Shown here one piece after another: positions 1-9,516 of a DNA stretch of 64,000 bases (the first letter of the stretch is position 1; each line of letters starts with the position of its first letter). The position numbers were made by a program, and so were the translations under genes. This DNA is from Dehalococcoidia bacterium (GTDB lineage Bacteria; Chloroflexota; Dehalococcoidia; SM23-28-2): the NCBI GenBank assembly GCA_020356025.1, contig CP070630.1:2040443-2104442 (forward strand). Reading direction: 5' to 3'. The notes below the pieces were generated by a model. That model did not search any database and was not told where the DNA came from. It saw nothing but the letters and a program-made list of their open reading frames with translations.

Positions 1-2172
1 AGCCCGCTCAGCGGCATCGAAGCGGGCGTCCTCGATCTCGGCGGCTCCCTGGCTGAAGTGGAATTTCGTCGATATTACCTGTGGGTGGTTAGTAACCGGT
101 CGCAGGGAGAGGAGCTTGGCCGAGTGGGGCGGCATAGCCGGAAAGCGGATCTCCTCCTGGTGCACGCCGAAGTAGCGATCCTGCCACAGATCGAACACGT
201 GGACGGGCTCGGCGGGCAGGGGGGCCGTTACCTCGCTGGGCTCGTCATCCCACTGGAACACGCCCAGGAGCCACCACCGCTGGAAGGAGCGCTCAATGGC
301 GAGTTGGACGAAGCGGGGAAGCGAGCGCTCGAAAACGTCCAGGGCAACCGCCGACTGGCCGTAGGGCGGCAGGAGGAGGCTGGCGATGTTCAGCCGCTCG
401 GGCGGTAGCTTCGCCATCGCGTCGCTGAGGAAGACCATTCCTCCGCTGAGGGCGATGGCGGTCGCCAGCGAGCGCACCTCATCGAGGGATAGGGCTGCCT
501 CGCTGTCCCGAACGAGCAAACAGTCGGGGTCGTTGAGCCATAGACGGTCGTGCGTCCAGAGACGGGTGAGGGTGCTGCGGATGGCGTTTTCGCAGGCAGG
601 CACGGACGTGCTGGGCCAGTCCGGGGGGACCAGTTCGCTGGGGACACGCCAGTAGGCGGCCACGTCGGGCCCGATGCGCTGGGCGTTGACCAGGCCAACG
701 GACGGGCCGAGGGGAGCACCACAGCCCAGGATGAAGGCGTCGCTGGTGCCCCGGCGGATGGCTTCCAGGCCTCGCCGGTAGGCCTGGGCGCGGGTGGCCT
801 GGCGGTCGTAGCGCCTGCCCTCCACAGCGCCAGCGTAGATGAAGTCCAGCTTCAGATAGTCGAAACCGCATTGGTCCACCATCGTCCCGGCTACATGACT
901 CAGCCAGGCCTGAGCGCCGGGATGGGTGCAGTCGAGGGCATAGCACTCCTTGCCCCAGTTATGGATGGCCACCACCGGCCGGCCGTCGCCGTCGTGCACC
1001 ATCCACTCCGGGTGCTCACGGTAGAGAGCGGAGGTGGAAGCGGCCAGGAAGGGAGCCAGCCAGAGGCCAGCCTTGAACCCCTTCTGGTGAATGCGCTCGG
1101 CCAGCCAAGCTAGGCCGTGGGGAAACTTGTCCTTGATGGTGGTCCAGTCGCCTATGTCGGCCTGGTAGCCATCGTCAACCTGGATGTACTCCAGCGCCAA
1201 TTCATGACGATGAGCGTGTAGGAACTCCAGATTCTCCAGGATCGCCTGTTCGCTCACGCCGCCGAAGTAGTAGTACCAGGAGCACCAGCCGCTGGGCACG
1301 TGCTCCCAGCTCAGGCCGCCCATCTGGCGACCCAGAGCATCGGCGTAGCGAGCCAGGGCGTCCAGGGGCGGCCCCGTCACGTCCACCAGCAGCTTCTCCG
1401 ACACCAGGCCCTGCCCCGGCGCGACGGTGATGCCATCGGCGTAGGACATGGCCGACAGGCTGCTGGACGCCTGCCTGCCGCCAGGCAGCTCTAGGCGGAT
1501 CCTGGACAACTGATCGGCGGCGGTGACGAAGCCAACCAGGAGTGAGGCGCCGGTCGTCGGGTCGGCCACCAGGCCCACGAGCTCGCCGGTGAAGCATCCC
1601 TTCTGGGGGGCAACCGAGGACGGCGCTACAATCGGGGGCAGAACCAGCGGCTCATCCTGGGCGCAGCTCAGGCTGAGCGTGGGGCTCCAGGACTGCCAGC
1701 CGTGCTTATAGAACCGCCAGCGGCGGCTGGAGCGGCCCAGGCCGAGGCGGCCGCGACCAGCGGTCGGCGTGACCAGCACCCGAAAGCTCTCCACGCTTAC
1801 GGGTTGTGGAGAGCCGTTGACCACCTCCAGTTGCATGACGGCGAAGGGTTGGGCGTCGTACAGCGTCAGAGACAGGTGAAGTCCGTGGCGATGCTGATTG
1901 GGAAGAGTAGACAGGCAGACGGTGGCTCCCCCGCCGTGGATGTCGCTGAGCCGCTGGACATCGTAGTCTTCTTGGAAGCCACCATCCAGGCTGCTGACGA
2001 CATCGCCGCCCATCAGCTCCACAGCGGCATGGGCTCGACGGATGACTGTGCGGCTAGCGGAACGATCTCTGAAGGCCAGGCTGCCCTGGTCGAGGCGACA
2101 GCACACCTCCAGCCAGCGATTCGCTATTAGCAGGCCGGATCTAGTCTTGCGGACTGTGACTTGCTGGGGCAT
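1..2172 (-). CDS. Alpha-galactosidase, GH36-like; runs off the window edge (3' end missing)
   Basis: Missing from the ORF track because there is no in-window stop. Manual translation from ATG 2172 (AGGAG RBS) gives VPSGWCSWYYYF, LEYIQVDDGYQ, YLKLDF (nucleophile), RIGPD (acid/base) and DPDCLL. Confidence 0.88.
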   Translation of the reverse strand, partial: MPQQVTVRKTRSGLLIANRWLEVCCRLDQGSLAFRDRSASRTVIRRAHAAVELMGGDVVSSLDGGFQEDYDVQRLSDIHGGGATVCLSTLPNQHRHGLHLSLTLYDAQPFAVMQLEVVNGSPQPVSVESFRVLVTPTAGRGRLGLGRSSRRWRFYKHGWQSWSPTLSLSCAQDEPLVLPPIVAPSSVAPQKGCFTGELVGLVADPTTGASLLVGFVTAADQLSRIRLELPGGRQASSSLSAMSYADGITVAPGQGLVSEKLLVDVTGPPLDALARYADALGRQMGGLSWEHVPSGWCSWYYYFGGVSEQAILENLEFLHAHRHELALEYIQVDDGYQADIGDWTTIKDKFPHGLAWLAERIHQKGFKAGLWLAPFLAASTSALYREHPEWMVHDGDGRPVVAIHNWGKECYALDCTHPGAQAWLSHVAGTMVDQCGFDYLKLDFIYAGAVEGRRYDRQATRAQAYRRGLEAIRRGTSDAFILGCGAPLGPSVGLVNAQRIGPDVAAYWRVPSELVPPDWPSTSVPACENAIRSTLTRLWTHDRLWLNDPDCLLVRDSEAALSLDEVRSLATAIALSGGMVFLSDAMAKLPPERLNIASLLLPPYGQSAVALDVFERSLPRFVQLAIERSFQRWWLLGVFQWDDEPSEVTAPLPAEPVHVFDLWQDRYFGVHQEEIRFPAMPPHSAKLLSLRPVTNHPQVISTKFHFSQGAAEIEDARFDAAERA

Positions 2173-3367
2173 TCGCTCCTGCAATGATTCGCAGGCCGTC
2201 GACGGCCTCGCACACATACATCTCAGCGGGGAGGCTCGTGCGGCTGCGATAGGTCTCGATCACCTGCTCTCGGAAGCTGTCGATGGCCTCCTTGCGCACC
2301 AGATTGACGGTGCAGCCGCCAAAGCCAGCGCCGGTCATCCGGGCCCCCACGACTCCCTCCAGGTGACAGGCCAACTCTACCATCAGATCCAGTTCGGGAG
2401 AGCTGACCTCGTAGTCGCCGGCCAGGCTCTGGTGAGAGGCGTAGAGGAGCCGGCCAAGAGTGGGCAGGTCGTCCTGCCGCAGGGCCTCCACGCTCTTCAG
2501 CACCCGCTCGTTCTCGCCTACCACGTGCCTGGCCCGTCGAGCCAACTGGTCCGGTAGGTTACCTTCGTGAGCAGCCAAATCCTTGGAGGTTACATCACGC
2601 AGCGCCACCACCGGCCTGGCGCCAATGACCTGTGCCAGCACCTGAGCAGCCCGGGAGCACTCCTGCTGGCGCTGGCTATAGGCGGAATCGCTCAGCGCTC
2701 GCCTTACGCCCGTGTGAGCCACCACGATCTTCAGGCCGTGGGCGGTCATGTTCAGCGGCACGGCTTTCGTTTCCAGGCTGCGGCAGTCGATGAGGAGGGC
2801 GTGATCGCGATGGCTCATGACCGCTGCCATCTGATCCATGACGCCGCAACCGACCCCCACGAATTCGTTCTCCGCTCGCTGAGCCAGCAGGGCCTGATCT
2901 CGGGGGTCTATGGCCAGTGCGGCGGCGTGCTGGAAAGTGCCCAAGACAGCCACCTCCAGGCTCGCCGAAGAGGCCAGGCCGGCGCCGATGGGCACATCCC
3001 CCTGGATGACCATGTCCACGCCTGTCAGCCGGTACCCCGCCTCCTGGAGCACAGCGGCCACGCCCCGCACGTAGTTGCTCCACACGTCCCCCTCCAGCCG
3101 CTCGATATTGTCCAGAGGGAAGCTATCCTCCTGGTCGAACCCCAGGGAGTACACGCGCACCTGCCGGTCGGAGCGAGCGGCGAAGGCGGCGATCACCGCG
3201 CGGTCGATGGCCACAGGCAGTACGAAGCCCTCATTGTAGTCGGTGTGTTCGCCGATGAGGTTCACCCGCCCCGGTGCTCGAGCCAGACCATGGGGCTCTC
3301 TGGCGAAACGACGCGCGAAGCTGCGGGCGAGGGCGCGCTCACGGCGGGTGCGTGCGACGGCGTTCAC
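2141..3367 (-). CDS. galK: Galactokinase
   Basis: APGRVNLIGEHTDYNEG signature, PIGAGLASSAS GHMP motif, GARMTGAGFGGC. Confidence 0.95.
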   Translation of the reverse strand: MNAVARTRRERALARSFARRFAREPHGLARAPGRVNLIGEHTDYNEGFVLPVAIDRAVIAAFAARSDRQVRVYSLGFDQEDSFPLDNIERLEGDVWSNYVRGVAAVLQEAGYRLTGVDMVIQGDVPIGAGLASSASLEVAVLGTFQHAAALAIDPRDQALLAQRAENEFVGVGCGVMDQMAAVMSHRDHALLIDCRSLETKAVPLNMTAHGLKIVVAHTGVRRALSDSAYSQRQQECSRAAQVLAQVIGARPVVALRDVTSKDLAAHEGNLPDQLARRARHVVGENERVLKSVEALRQDDLPTLGRLLYASHQSLAGDYEVSSPELDLMVELACHLEGVVGARMTGAGFGGCTVNLVRKEAIDSFREQVIETYRSRTSLPAEMYVCEAVDGLRIIAGANAPASHSPQD

Positions 3368-3381
3368 GGGCTGGTGGCTCG

Positions 3382-4761
3382 CTACTCGCCCAGGCGGCGG
3401 TTGTAGTTCTCTATGATCTCATTAGCTTCGGCCGCCGCGTCATCGAGAGCCTCGGTGGGGTCTCTGGAGCCCACCACCGTCTCCTCCATAGCGGTGGCGA
3501 CGACCTCGCGCACGTCCCTGAACGGGCCGAGGAGCGGACCGAGAGACTCTGGCGTCGACGGCGCCTCCAGGAAGAGATCGATGGGGAGGCGAAAGAGCGG
3601 ATACTCGGCTATGGCGCTCTGGGCCGCCGGCAGGTCGTAAGCGGAGATTCGCACTGGCAGGTATCCGCTGCCAGCGAACCATTCCGCCTGCTGTTCGGGT
3701 TCCAGAAGCCACTTGATGAACTTCCAGGCCGCCTCCTGCTCCTCCTCGGGCCGTCCCGTCAGGATCCAGAGGCTCCGGCCGGCCATTCCCGGCAAGCCTG
3801 TCCCGCCGGGGACGCCGGGCACAGCACCCACCCCTGGCTCGACATCCATCTCCCCGCGCTCCAGAACGTCCACCACCGAACGGAGGGCTCCTGAGCTACT
3901 CAAACTCATGGTGGCCCGACCGGTTCCCATCGCCAGGAGGGCGTCGGCATAACTGGGGTTACGACCAACGCTGATGGCTAACCCTTCCTCGATCATTTCG
4001 TGCCACGAACGGAAGAAGGCCTGCCCTGCTGAACCATCGAAGACGACCTCGGTGGCTCGTCCTTCGCGTCCGTTGCCGTTGTTCACATAGAAGTCTCCGT
4101 GCTCGGCCAGGATCACTTCAAGGAACCAGGGCATGAGGACAAGGGCGATGCCGGCGCGGAGGATGTTGCCGAGGCTGTCCCGCTTTACCAGCTTCTGGGA
4201 GAACACTCGCATCACCTCCAGATCCTTCGGTGGCTGCTCGGGATCGAGCCCTACCTCGCTGAAATCCAGCTTGTTGTAGTACAGCAAGGGGACCCCAACG
4301 CCGAATGGCATCCCATAGAGCTCGCCGTCCACGGTGTAGTACTGTATGGCCTTCTCATCGAAGTCGGAGAGGTCATAGTCCTCTCGGTCGATGAACTCTT
4401 GCACCGGCCTTGCGACCCCGCTGTCGACGAGTCTCTGGGTGTCGACCTCAGCCAGATAGACGAGGGCTGGCACGTCTCCCGAACCCAGAAAGGCCGTGAG
4501 CTTGAGCATCGCTTCCTCGTCGTTTCCCTGAAAGGCCGTCTTGACCTTAACCCCGTCCTGCTCGGAGTTGAAGCGGCGCGCCAGTGACTGGATGGCATCC
4601 AGGTTGCTGGCGACCTCGGAGTGCCAGAAGGTGATCTCCACCACCCTCGCCGTTGGTGTCGAACCGTCTCCGTCTGCTGGCTCTCCTTCGTCTTCGCCAC
4701 CACAGGCGGCCACGCTTGCTGCAACAATGAGCAGCACTAAGGAGATCAGGACCTTCTTCAT
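3382..4761 (-). CDS. ABC transporter solute-binding lipoprotein, UgpB/sugar-binding family
   Basis: Lipobox VAAC; ITFWHS, LLYYNK, AWKFIKWL and GSGYLP motifs; operon with permeases. Confidence 0.85.
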   Translation of the reverse strand: MKKVLISLVLLIVAASVAACGGEDEGEPADGDGSTPTARVVEITFWHSEVASNLDAIQSLARRFNSEQDGVKVKTAFQGNDEEAMLKLTAFLGSGDVPALVYLAEVDTQRLVDSGVARPVQEFIDREDYDLSDFDEKAIQYYTVDGELYGMPFGVGVPLLYYNKLDFSEVGLDPEQPPKDLEVMRVFSQKLVKRDSLGNILRAGIALVLMPWFLEVILAEHGDFYVNNGNGREGRATEVVFDGSAGQAFFRSWHEMIEEGLAISVGRNPSYADALLAMGTGRATMSLSSSGALRSVVDVLERGEMDVEPGVGAVPGVPGGTGLPGMAGRSLWILTGRPEEEQEAAWKFIKWLLEPEQQAEWFAGSGYLPVRISAYDLPAAQSAIAEYPLFRLPIDLFLEAPSTPESLGPLLGPFRDVREVVATAMEETVVGSRDPTEALDDAAAEANEIIENYNRRLGE

Positions 4762-4776
4762 AGCTATCTCTCCCCG

Positions 4777-5640
4777 CTAGCCTTTGAGAGCGCCAGCAGT
4801 GAGGCCCCTCACCAGCTGGCGCTGGAACAGGACGAGCATAATCAGTATTGGCAGCGCCGAGATTACCGTCGCTGCCATGGTTATGTTGAACGTGTCGACC
4901 TCGCGGCCCCGCAGAGCGGCCAGACCGATCTGCACTGTGCGCATGTTCTCCTCGTTGGTCACCAGCAGCGGCCACAGGTACTGGTTCCAGGCCTGAAGGA
5001 AGCCGAACACCGCCAGCGCGGCCAGCACTGCCCGCGAAAGGGGCAGCACCACGAAGATGAGGAAGCGGATGTGGCCGTAGCCGTCGATGGCAGCGGCGTC
5101 CCGGAGTTCCTGAGGGATGGTGAGGAAGTGCTGCCGCAGCAGGAACGTCCCCAGGCCGGTGGCCAGGAAGGGAACGGTCAGCGCCTGGTAGGAATCCAGC
5201 CAGTCCAGCCTCTGAATGGTCTGGAAATTGGGAACGATGGAGACCTCCCAGGGCACCATGAGGGTAGAGAGGAAGAGGATGAACAGGAAGGTTCGCCCGG
5301 GGAAGCGAAGGAAGGCAAAGGCGTAGGCGGCGAGGGCGGAAGTGACCAGTTGGCCGATAACGATGACGCCGGCCATGATAAGGCTGTTCAACATGTACCT
5401 CATCAGGGGCACTTCATCCAGCGCCTTTCTGAAGTTGTCCCACTGCGGATCGAAGGGGAACAGCTCGGGTGGCCAGGCAATGATGGACGTTGACGATAGC
5501 AGGCTGTTGACCACCGTCATGTAGATGGGGAAGACGACTATGCCTGCCACCACTAGCAGGACGGCATAGCGCAAAGCGTAGCCCGCCCAGCGCCGATAGC
5601 GCTCGACCCCTTGTCTAGCCGTTGGCAAGTCCACGCTCAT
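4777..5640 (-). CDS. Carbohydrate/G3P ABC permease, UgpE-like
   Basis: EAA loop ELRDAAAIDG; AWNQYLWPL; multiple TM segments. Confidence 0.9.
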   Translation of the reverse strand: MSVDLPTARQGVERYRRWAGYALRYAVLLVVAGIVVFPIYMTVVNSLLSSTSIIAWPPELFPFDPQWDNFRKALDEVPLMRYMLNSLIMAGVIVIGQLVTSALAAYAFAFLRFPGRTFLFILFLSTLMVPWEVSIVPNFQTIQRLDWLDSYQALTVPFLATGLGTFLLRQHFLTIPQELRDAAAIDGYGHIRFLIFVVLPLSRAVLAALAVFGFLQAWNQYLWPLLVTNEENMRTVQIGLAALRGREVDTFNITMAATVISALPILIMLVLFQRQLVRGLTAGALKG

Positions 5641-5643
5641 GGC

Positions 5644-6591
5644 CTACTGATAGAACACTCGGCGCTCCAGGAAGCGAATCTGGATCACGGTCAGGCCCAG
5701 CACCAGCAGAAAGAGCGCTACGGCCTGCACCGAGGCTACTCCGTAGTCGAAGCGCTGGAAGGCGTCCTGCCAGATGGAGTAGACGATAACGGTAGTGGCG
5801 TCCAGGGGGCCACCTCGGGTCAGGATATGGATCTGGCCGAAGGACTGGAAGGCGAGGATAGTGCCCACCACCGACACGAAGAAAAGCGTTGGCGAAAGCA
5901 ATGGCAGCGTCACGTGCCAGAAAACAGATAAGTCGCTGGCCCCTTCGACGCGCGCGCTCTCATAGAGTTCCTCTGGGATTGCCTGCAGGCCGGCGAGGAT
6001 CACGATGAAGGCCAGACCCAGATTCAGCCAAACGGTGGTCGCCGACACGGCGGGCAGAGCCCAGTCCAGGTCATTGAGCCAGTCGATCCTGGGCTGGCCG
6101 GCCTCGACCAGGAAGTAGTTCAGCAGGCCAACGCTGGGGTTGAGTAGGGTGAGCCACATCAACGATGCCACCGCCACCGACGTGGCTACTGTCGAGGAGA
6201 ACATGATGCGAAAGATCGATATCCCTGGCAGCTTCTGGTTGGCCAGCAGAGCCAGCGCCAGACCCAGCAGAATGCCCGGCGGCACCGTGTACAGGGCGAA
6301 GAGAAAGGTGATCCACAGGCTGTGGCGGAAGGACTCGGACGTCAGGACAGTACGGTACTGGTCGAGCGCAACGAAGTCGCCCTGATTGCCGAAGGGATCG
6401 GTCTCGTAGAAGCCGAGGTAGACCGCCTTCAGCAGAGGGTAGAAGACGAAGGCGCCGAAGATGACCAGCGAGGGTATGAGGAAGATGAGGGCGAATCCTA
6501 AGCGGTTGATGCCTCTCAGCCGCTGTGGCAGGCGTCTTGCCACGGCTATCAGTGGCAAGCGTTGGTTCGCGGCGGCATCCGTTGCGTCCAC
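5644..6591 (-). CDS. Carbohydrate/G3P ABC permease, UgpA-like
   Basis: AGLQAIPEELYESARVEGA EAA loop; LPLLSPT; TM segments. Confidence 0.9.
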   Translation of the reverse strand: MDATDAAANQRLPLIAVARRLPQRLRGINRLGFALIFLIPSLVIFGAFVFYPLLKAVYLGFYETDPFGNQGDFVALDQYRTVLTSESFRHSLWITFLFALYTVPPGILLGLALALLANQKLPGISIFRIMFSSTVATSVAVASLMWLTLLNPSVGLLNYFLVEAGQPRIDWLNDLDWALPAVSATTVWLNLGLAFIVILAGLQAIPEELYESARVEGASDLSVFWHVTLPLLSPTLFFVSVVGTILAFQSFGQIHILTRGGPLDATTVIVYSIWQDAFQRFDYGVASVQAVALFLLVLGLTVIQIRFLERRVFYQ

Positions 6592-6617
6592 GGGCAGATT
6601 CTTTGCTCCGGCCTAAG

Positions 6618-7721
6618 CTATTCTCGCTCTATGCGCTGGCCGCTGTCTGGGTCGAAGAAGTGCATATGCGCTCGGTCAATCCTCAGTCGCAGCCTCTCGC
6701 CCTCTTGCAGGCTCCGTGCGGCATCGAGACGAGCTACGACAGTGGTATCGCCAGCGGAAAAGGTGACGTGCTGCTCGTGCCCCATGGACTCGACAGTATC
6801 GACGACTACGTCTAGGCCGGCCTCGGGACCCTCCTCTGCCTCCCAGTCCGGCAGGATGTGCTCAGGGCGCACGCCAACGATCACCTTGCCCTCTTTCAGA
6901 ACAGCCAACGCTCGAGCCTGCTCCTCACTCAGAGGGAAGCGGCCACCGCTGCTGTGAGCCATTAGCTGGTCATCATGCAGTCGGAGCTCGCTGTGGAAGA
7001 AGTTCATGGCCGGGCTGCCGATGAAGGAGGCCACAAACAGGTTAGCGGGGTGCTGATAGACCTCCTGGGGGTCGCCGACCTGCTGAAGGGCGCCTTCATG
7101 GATGATGGCTATGCGGGCCCCCATGGTCATGGCCTCCACCTGATCGTGGGTCACGAAGATGACCGTCGTCTCCAGCTGACGGTGGAGCTTGACGAGCTCA
7201 CGGCGCGTCTGGACGCGTAGCTTGGCGTCAAGGTTGGATAGGGGCTCATCCATGAGAAAGACCGAAGGGTTGCGAACGATGGCTCGGCCCAGGGCGACCC
7301 GCTGCCGCTGGCCACCCGAGAGTTCTCCTGGCCTTCGTCGAAGCAGATCCTGCAGGCCGAGCATACGGGCGGCGTCCAGTACCTTCTGATCACGCTCTCG
7401 CCTGGGGATACGCCGCATTCGCAAACCAAAGGCCATGTTGTCGTACACGGACATGTGGGGGAACAGAGCATAGTTCTGGAATACCATCGCCACGTTTCGG
7501 TTCTTCGCCTCCACGTTGTTGACGATGCGATCGCCGATGATGATGTTGCCCTCCGCTGGATCCTCTAGCCCGGCCACCAGTCGCAGGGCAGTGGACTTGC
7601 CGCAGCCGGAAGGCCCCAGCAGGACGAGAAACTCTTTGTCGTGCACCTCCAGGGAGAGGTCGGCCACCGCCACTACATCCCCGAAGCTTTTAGTCACATG
7701 ATCGAAGACAACTCGACTCAT
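6618..7721 (-). CDS. ABC ATP-binding protein, UgpC/MalK family
   Basis: GPSGCGKS Walker A, LSGGQRQR signature, MDEPLSNLDAKLR, C-terminal TOBE-like region. Confidence 0.93.
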   Translation of the reverse strand: MSRVVFDHVTKSFGDVVAVADLSLEVHDKEFLVLLGPSGCGKSTALRLVAGLEDPAEGNIIIGDRIVNNVEAKNRNVAMVFQNYALFPHMSVYDNMAFGLRMRRIPRRERDQKVLDAARMLGLQDLLRRRPGELSGGQRQRVALGRAIVRNPSVFLMDEPLSNLDAKLRVQTRRELVKLHRQLETTVIFVTHDQVEAMTMGARIAIIHEGALQQVGDPQEVYQHPANLFVASFIGSPAMNFFHSELRLHDDQLMAHSSGGRFPLSEEQARALAVLKEGKVIVGVRPEHILPDWEAEEGPEAGLDVVVDTVESMGHEQHVTFSAGDTTVVARLDAARSLQEGERLRLRIDRAHMHFFDPDSGQRIERE

Positions 7722-7811
7722 CTTCTTCTAGAAGCCCCTACTGAGTGATCCCTGTCCTGGGGACGGACTCTGCCCCATCCGTTGCCATCGTACCAAGGCT
7801 GCCGTGGCACG

Positions 7812-7820
7812 ATTATAGCA
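7812..7820 (-). promoter_or_regulatory. Extended -10 promoter (TGcTATAAT) upstream of the ABC operon
   Basis: Minus-strand TGCTATAAT ~90 nt upstream of the ATP-binding gene; no good -35. Confidence 0.5.
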
Positions 7821-7873
7821 TTGTGTGGCCACCTGTGGGCGGCCAGAGCCCAGCCCGCGGCTGCGACGGCGGG

Positions 7874-7919
7874 TTGAATCGAGAGCGGTACTCGTGCGGC
7901 ACGGCCTCCCTCGATTCAA
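7874..7919. terminator. Inverted repeat downstream of the dehydrogenase; possible terminator
   Basis: TTGAATCGAG ... CTCGATTCAA 10-bp arms with an inner CGTGC/GCACG hairpin; no U-tract. Confidence 0.35.
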
Positions 7920-7957
7920 GGACAGGCTTCCCGTCCAGATAACGGAAGGTGAGCAGA

Positions 7958-8992
7958 TTAGGTCGGCACCACCACTATCTTGCCAAAATGGTCGCGGCTG
8001 GCGAGTTGGCGTACGGCGGCCTGCACCTCGCTCAAGGGGTAGACGCGATCCACCACCGGTCGTAGTTGGCCACTGCGGAAATAGGGCATCATCCCCAGCA
8101 GCTCGCTCTTGGTTCCCATGAACGACCCCAGGAAGGTTTGCTGACGCAGGAAGAAGGACCAAATGTTGAAGTCGGCCGTCCGCCCCGCCGTGACGCCACA
8201 GGTGACCAGGCGGCCGTTCCTGGCCAGGGCCTGCAAGCTCTTCTCGAAGATCTCCCCGCCGATGTGCTCGAAGACCACATCCACGCCGCAGCCGTCAGTG
8301 AGGCGAAGCGTCTCCTGGCCCAGATCGCTGGCGTTGTAGTTGATGCCCTCGTCGGCGCCCAGAGCCCTTGCCTTCTCCAGCTTAGGGTCGGAGCCGGCGC
8401 TGGCGATCACTCTGGCCCCCAGCAGCTTGGCGATCTGGATGGCCGCGATGCCCACGCCGCTGCCCGCCGCGTTCACCAGAACCGTTTCGTTCCGCTGTAG
8501 GTCGGCCCGAGTCACCAGCATGTGCCAGGCGGTGACGAATACCAAGGGGATGGAGGCTGCCTCCTCGAAGGAGAGGTTCTCGGGCATGGGGATGATGTTG
8601 GTCGCCGGTATCTTGATCAGCTCGGCGAAGCCGCCGTCGTAGGGGCCCTGGCCCAGAATGCTGTACGAGGGGCACAGGTTGTCCACGCCCGCCAGGCAGG
8701 CCTGACAGATGCCGCAGCTCACTCCCGGCTGAAGCATCACCTTCGAGCCCACTTCGATGCCCGAGACAACGTCTCCCACCGTCTCCACCACGCCCGCCAC
8801 ATCGCTGCCCAGAATGCGGGGCTTGGAGAAAGTGGTGCCGGGTGGCATCACCGTGGCCCACACCTCCAGGTGATTCAGGGCGCAGCCTTTCACCCGCACC
8901 AGCACCTCGTTGGCAGCGACCTCCGGGTCGGGGGCGTCCTCGTAGACAAACTTCTCCACTCCCCCCGACTCGTGCATGCGTACCGCCTTCAT
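7958..8992 (-). CDS. Zinc-binding dehydrogenase / quinone-oxidoreductase (MDR) family
   Basis: ALNHLE, ILGSDVAG, structural Zn CGICQAC...C, AAGSGVG dinucleotide-binding motif. Confidence 0.88.
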   Translation of the reverse strand: MKAVRMHESGGVEKFVYEDAPDPEVAANEVLVRVKGCALNHLEVWATVMPPGTTFSKPRILGSDVAGVVETVGDVVSGIEVGSKVMLQPGVSCGICQACLAGVDNLCPSYSILGQGPYDGGFAELIKIPATNIIPMPENLSFEEAASIPLVFVTAWHMLVTRADLQRNETVLVNAAGSGVGIAAIQIAKLLGARVIASAGSDPKLEKARALGADEGINYNASDLGQETLRLTDGCGVDVVFEHIGGEIFEKSLQALARNGRLVTCGVTAGRTADFNIWSFFLRQQTFLGSFMGTKSELLGMMPYFRSGQLRPVVDRVYPLSEVQAAVRQLASRDHFGKIVVVPT

Positions 8993-9062
8993 CGACTCCT
9001 CCTGCCTTTACCGCACGGCCAACCCAGCCTACAATCGACTTGCAGTATACCAGAGGAGGCTG

Positions 9063-9509
9063 TTGAAGACGTCCCCGCTCACCCTCAAGGTAAGGCGACT
9101 GCGGCCCGGAGCCAAGCTCCCTCAGCGGGCCACTCCCGGCTCCACCGGCCTCGACCTGTTTGCCTGCATCGAAGGGACAGGCTCCATCGAGCTCGGGCGA
9201 GACCCTGTCCTGGTACCTACGGGCATCGCCATCGAGGTTCCGCCGGGCTACGATGCTCAGGTGCGGCCCCGCTCCGGCCTCTCGGCCAAGGGGGTAGGCG
9301 TCACATTCGGCACAATCGACAGCGACTACCGGGGAGAGGTGCTGGTCACGATGCACCTCTTCGGCGCCCTCGATTCACACACCATCCGCCACGGCGATCG
9401 CATCGCTCAGCTTGTGATCAGCCGCTGGGTCGACCTGCCGGTTGTGGAGGTGGAGAACCTAACGGAGACGGAGCGCGGCCCGGGGGGCCACGGCTCGACC
9501 GGCCTCTGA
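9063..9509 (+). CDS. dut: dUTP diphosphatase
   Basis: All five motifs: GLDL, RSGLS, GTIDSDYRGEV, GDRIAQL, RGPGGHGSTG; TTG start after GAGGAGG. Confidence 0.93.
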   Translation: MKTSPLTLKVRRLRPGAKLPQRATPGSTGLDLFACIEGTGSIELGRDPVLVPTGIAIEVPPGYDAQVRPRSGLSAKGVGVTFGTIDSDYRGEVLVTMHLFGALDSHTIRHGDRIAQLVISRWVDLPVVEVENLTETERGPGGHGSTGL

Positions 9510-9516
9510 GCGCGGC

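Noticed and set aside
58-2130. Many plus-strand and alternate-frame ORFs over the GH36 gene (and similar long shadow ORFs window-wide, e.g. 9604-11130, 12099-13517, 43375-45237)
   Set aside because: Antisense or off-frame shadows of motif-bearing genes, expected at high GC; no recognisable motifs
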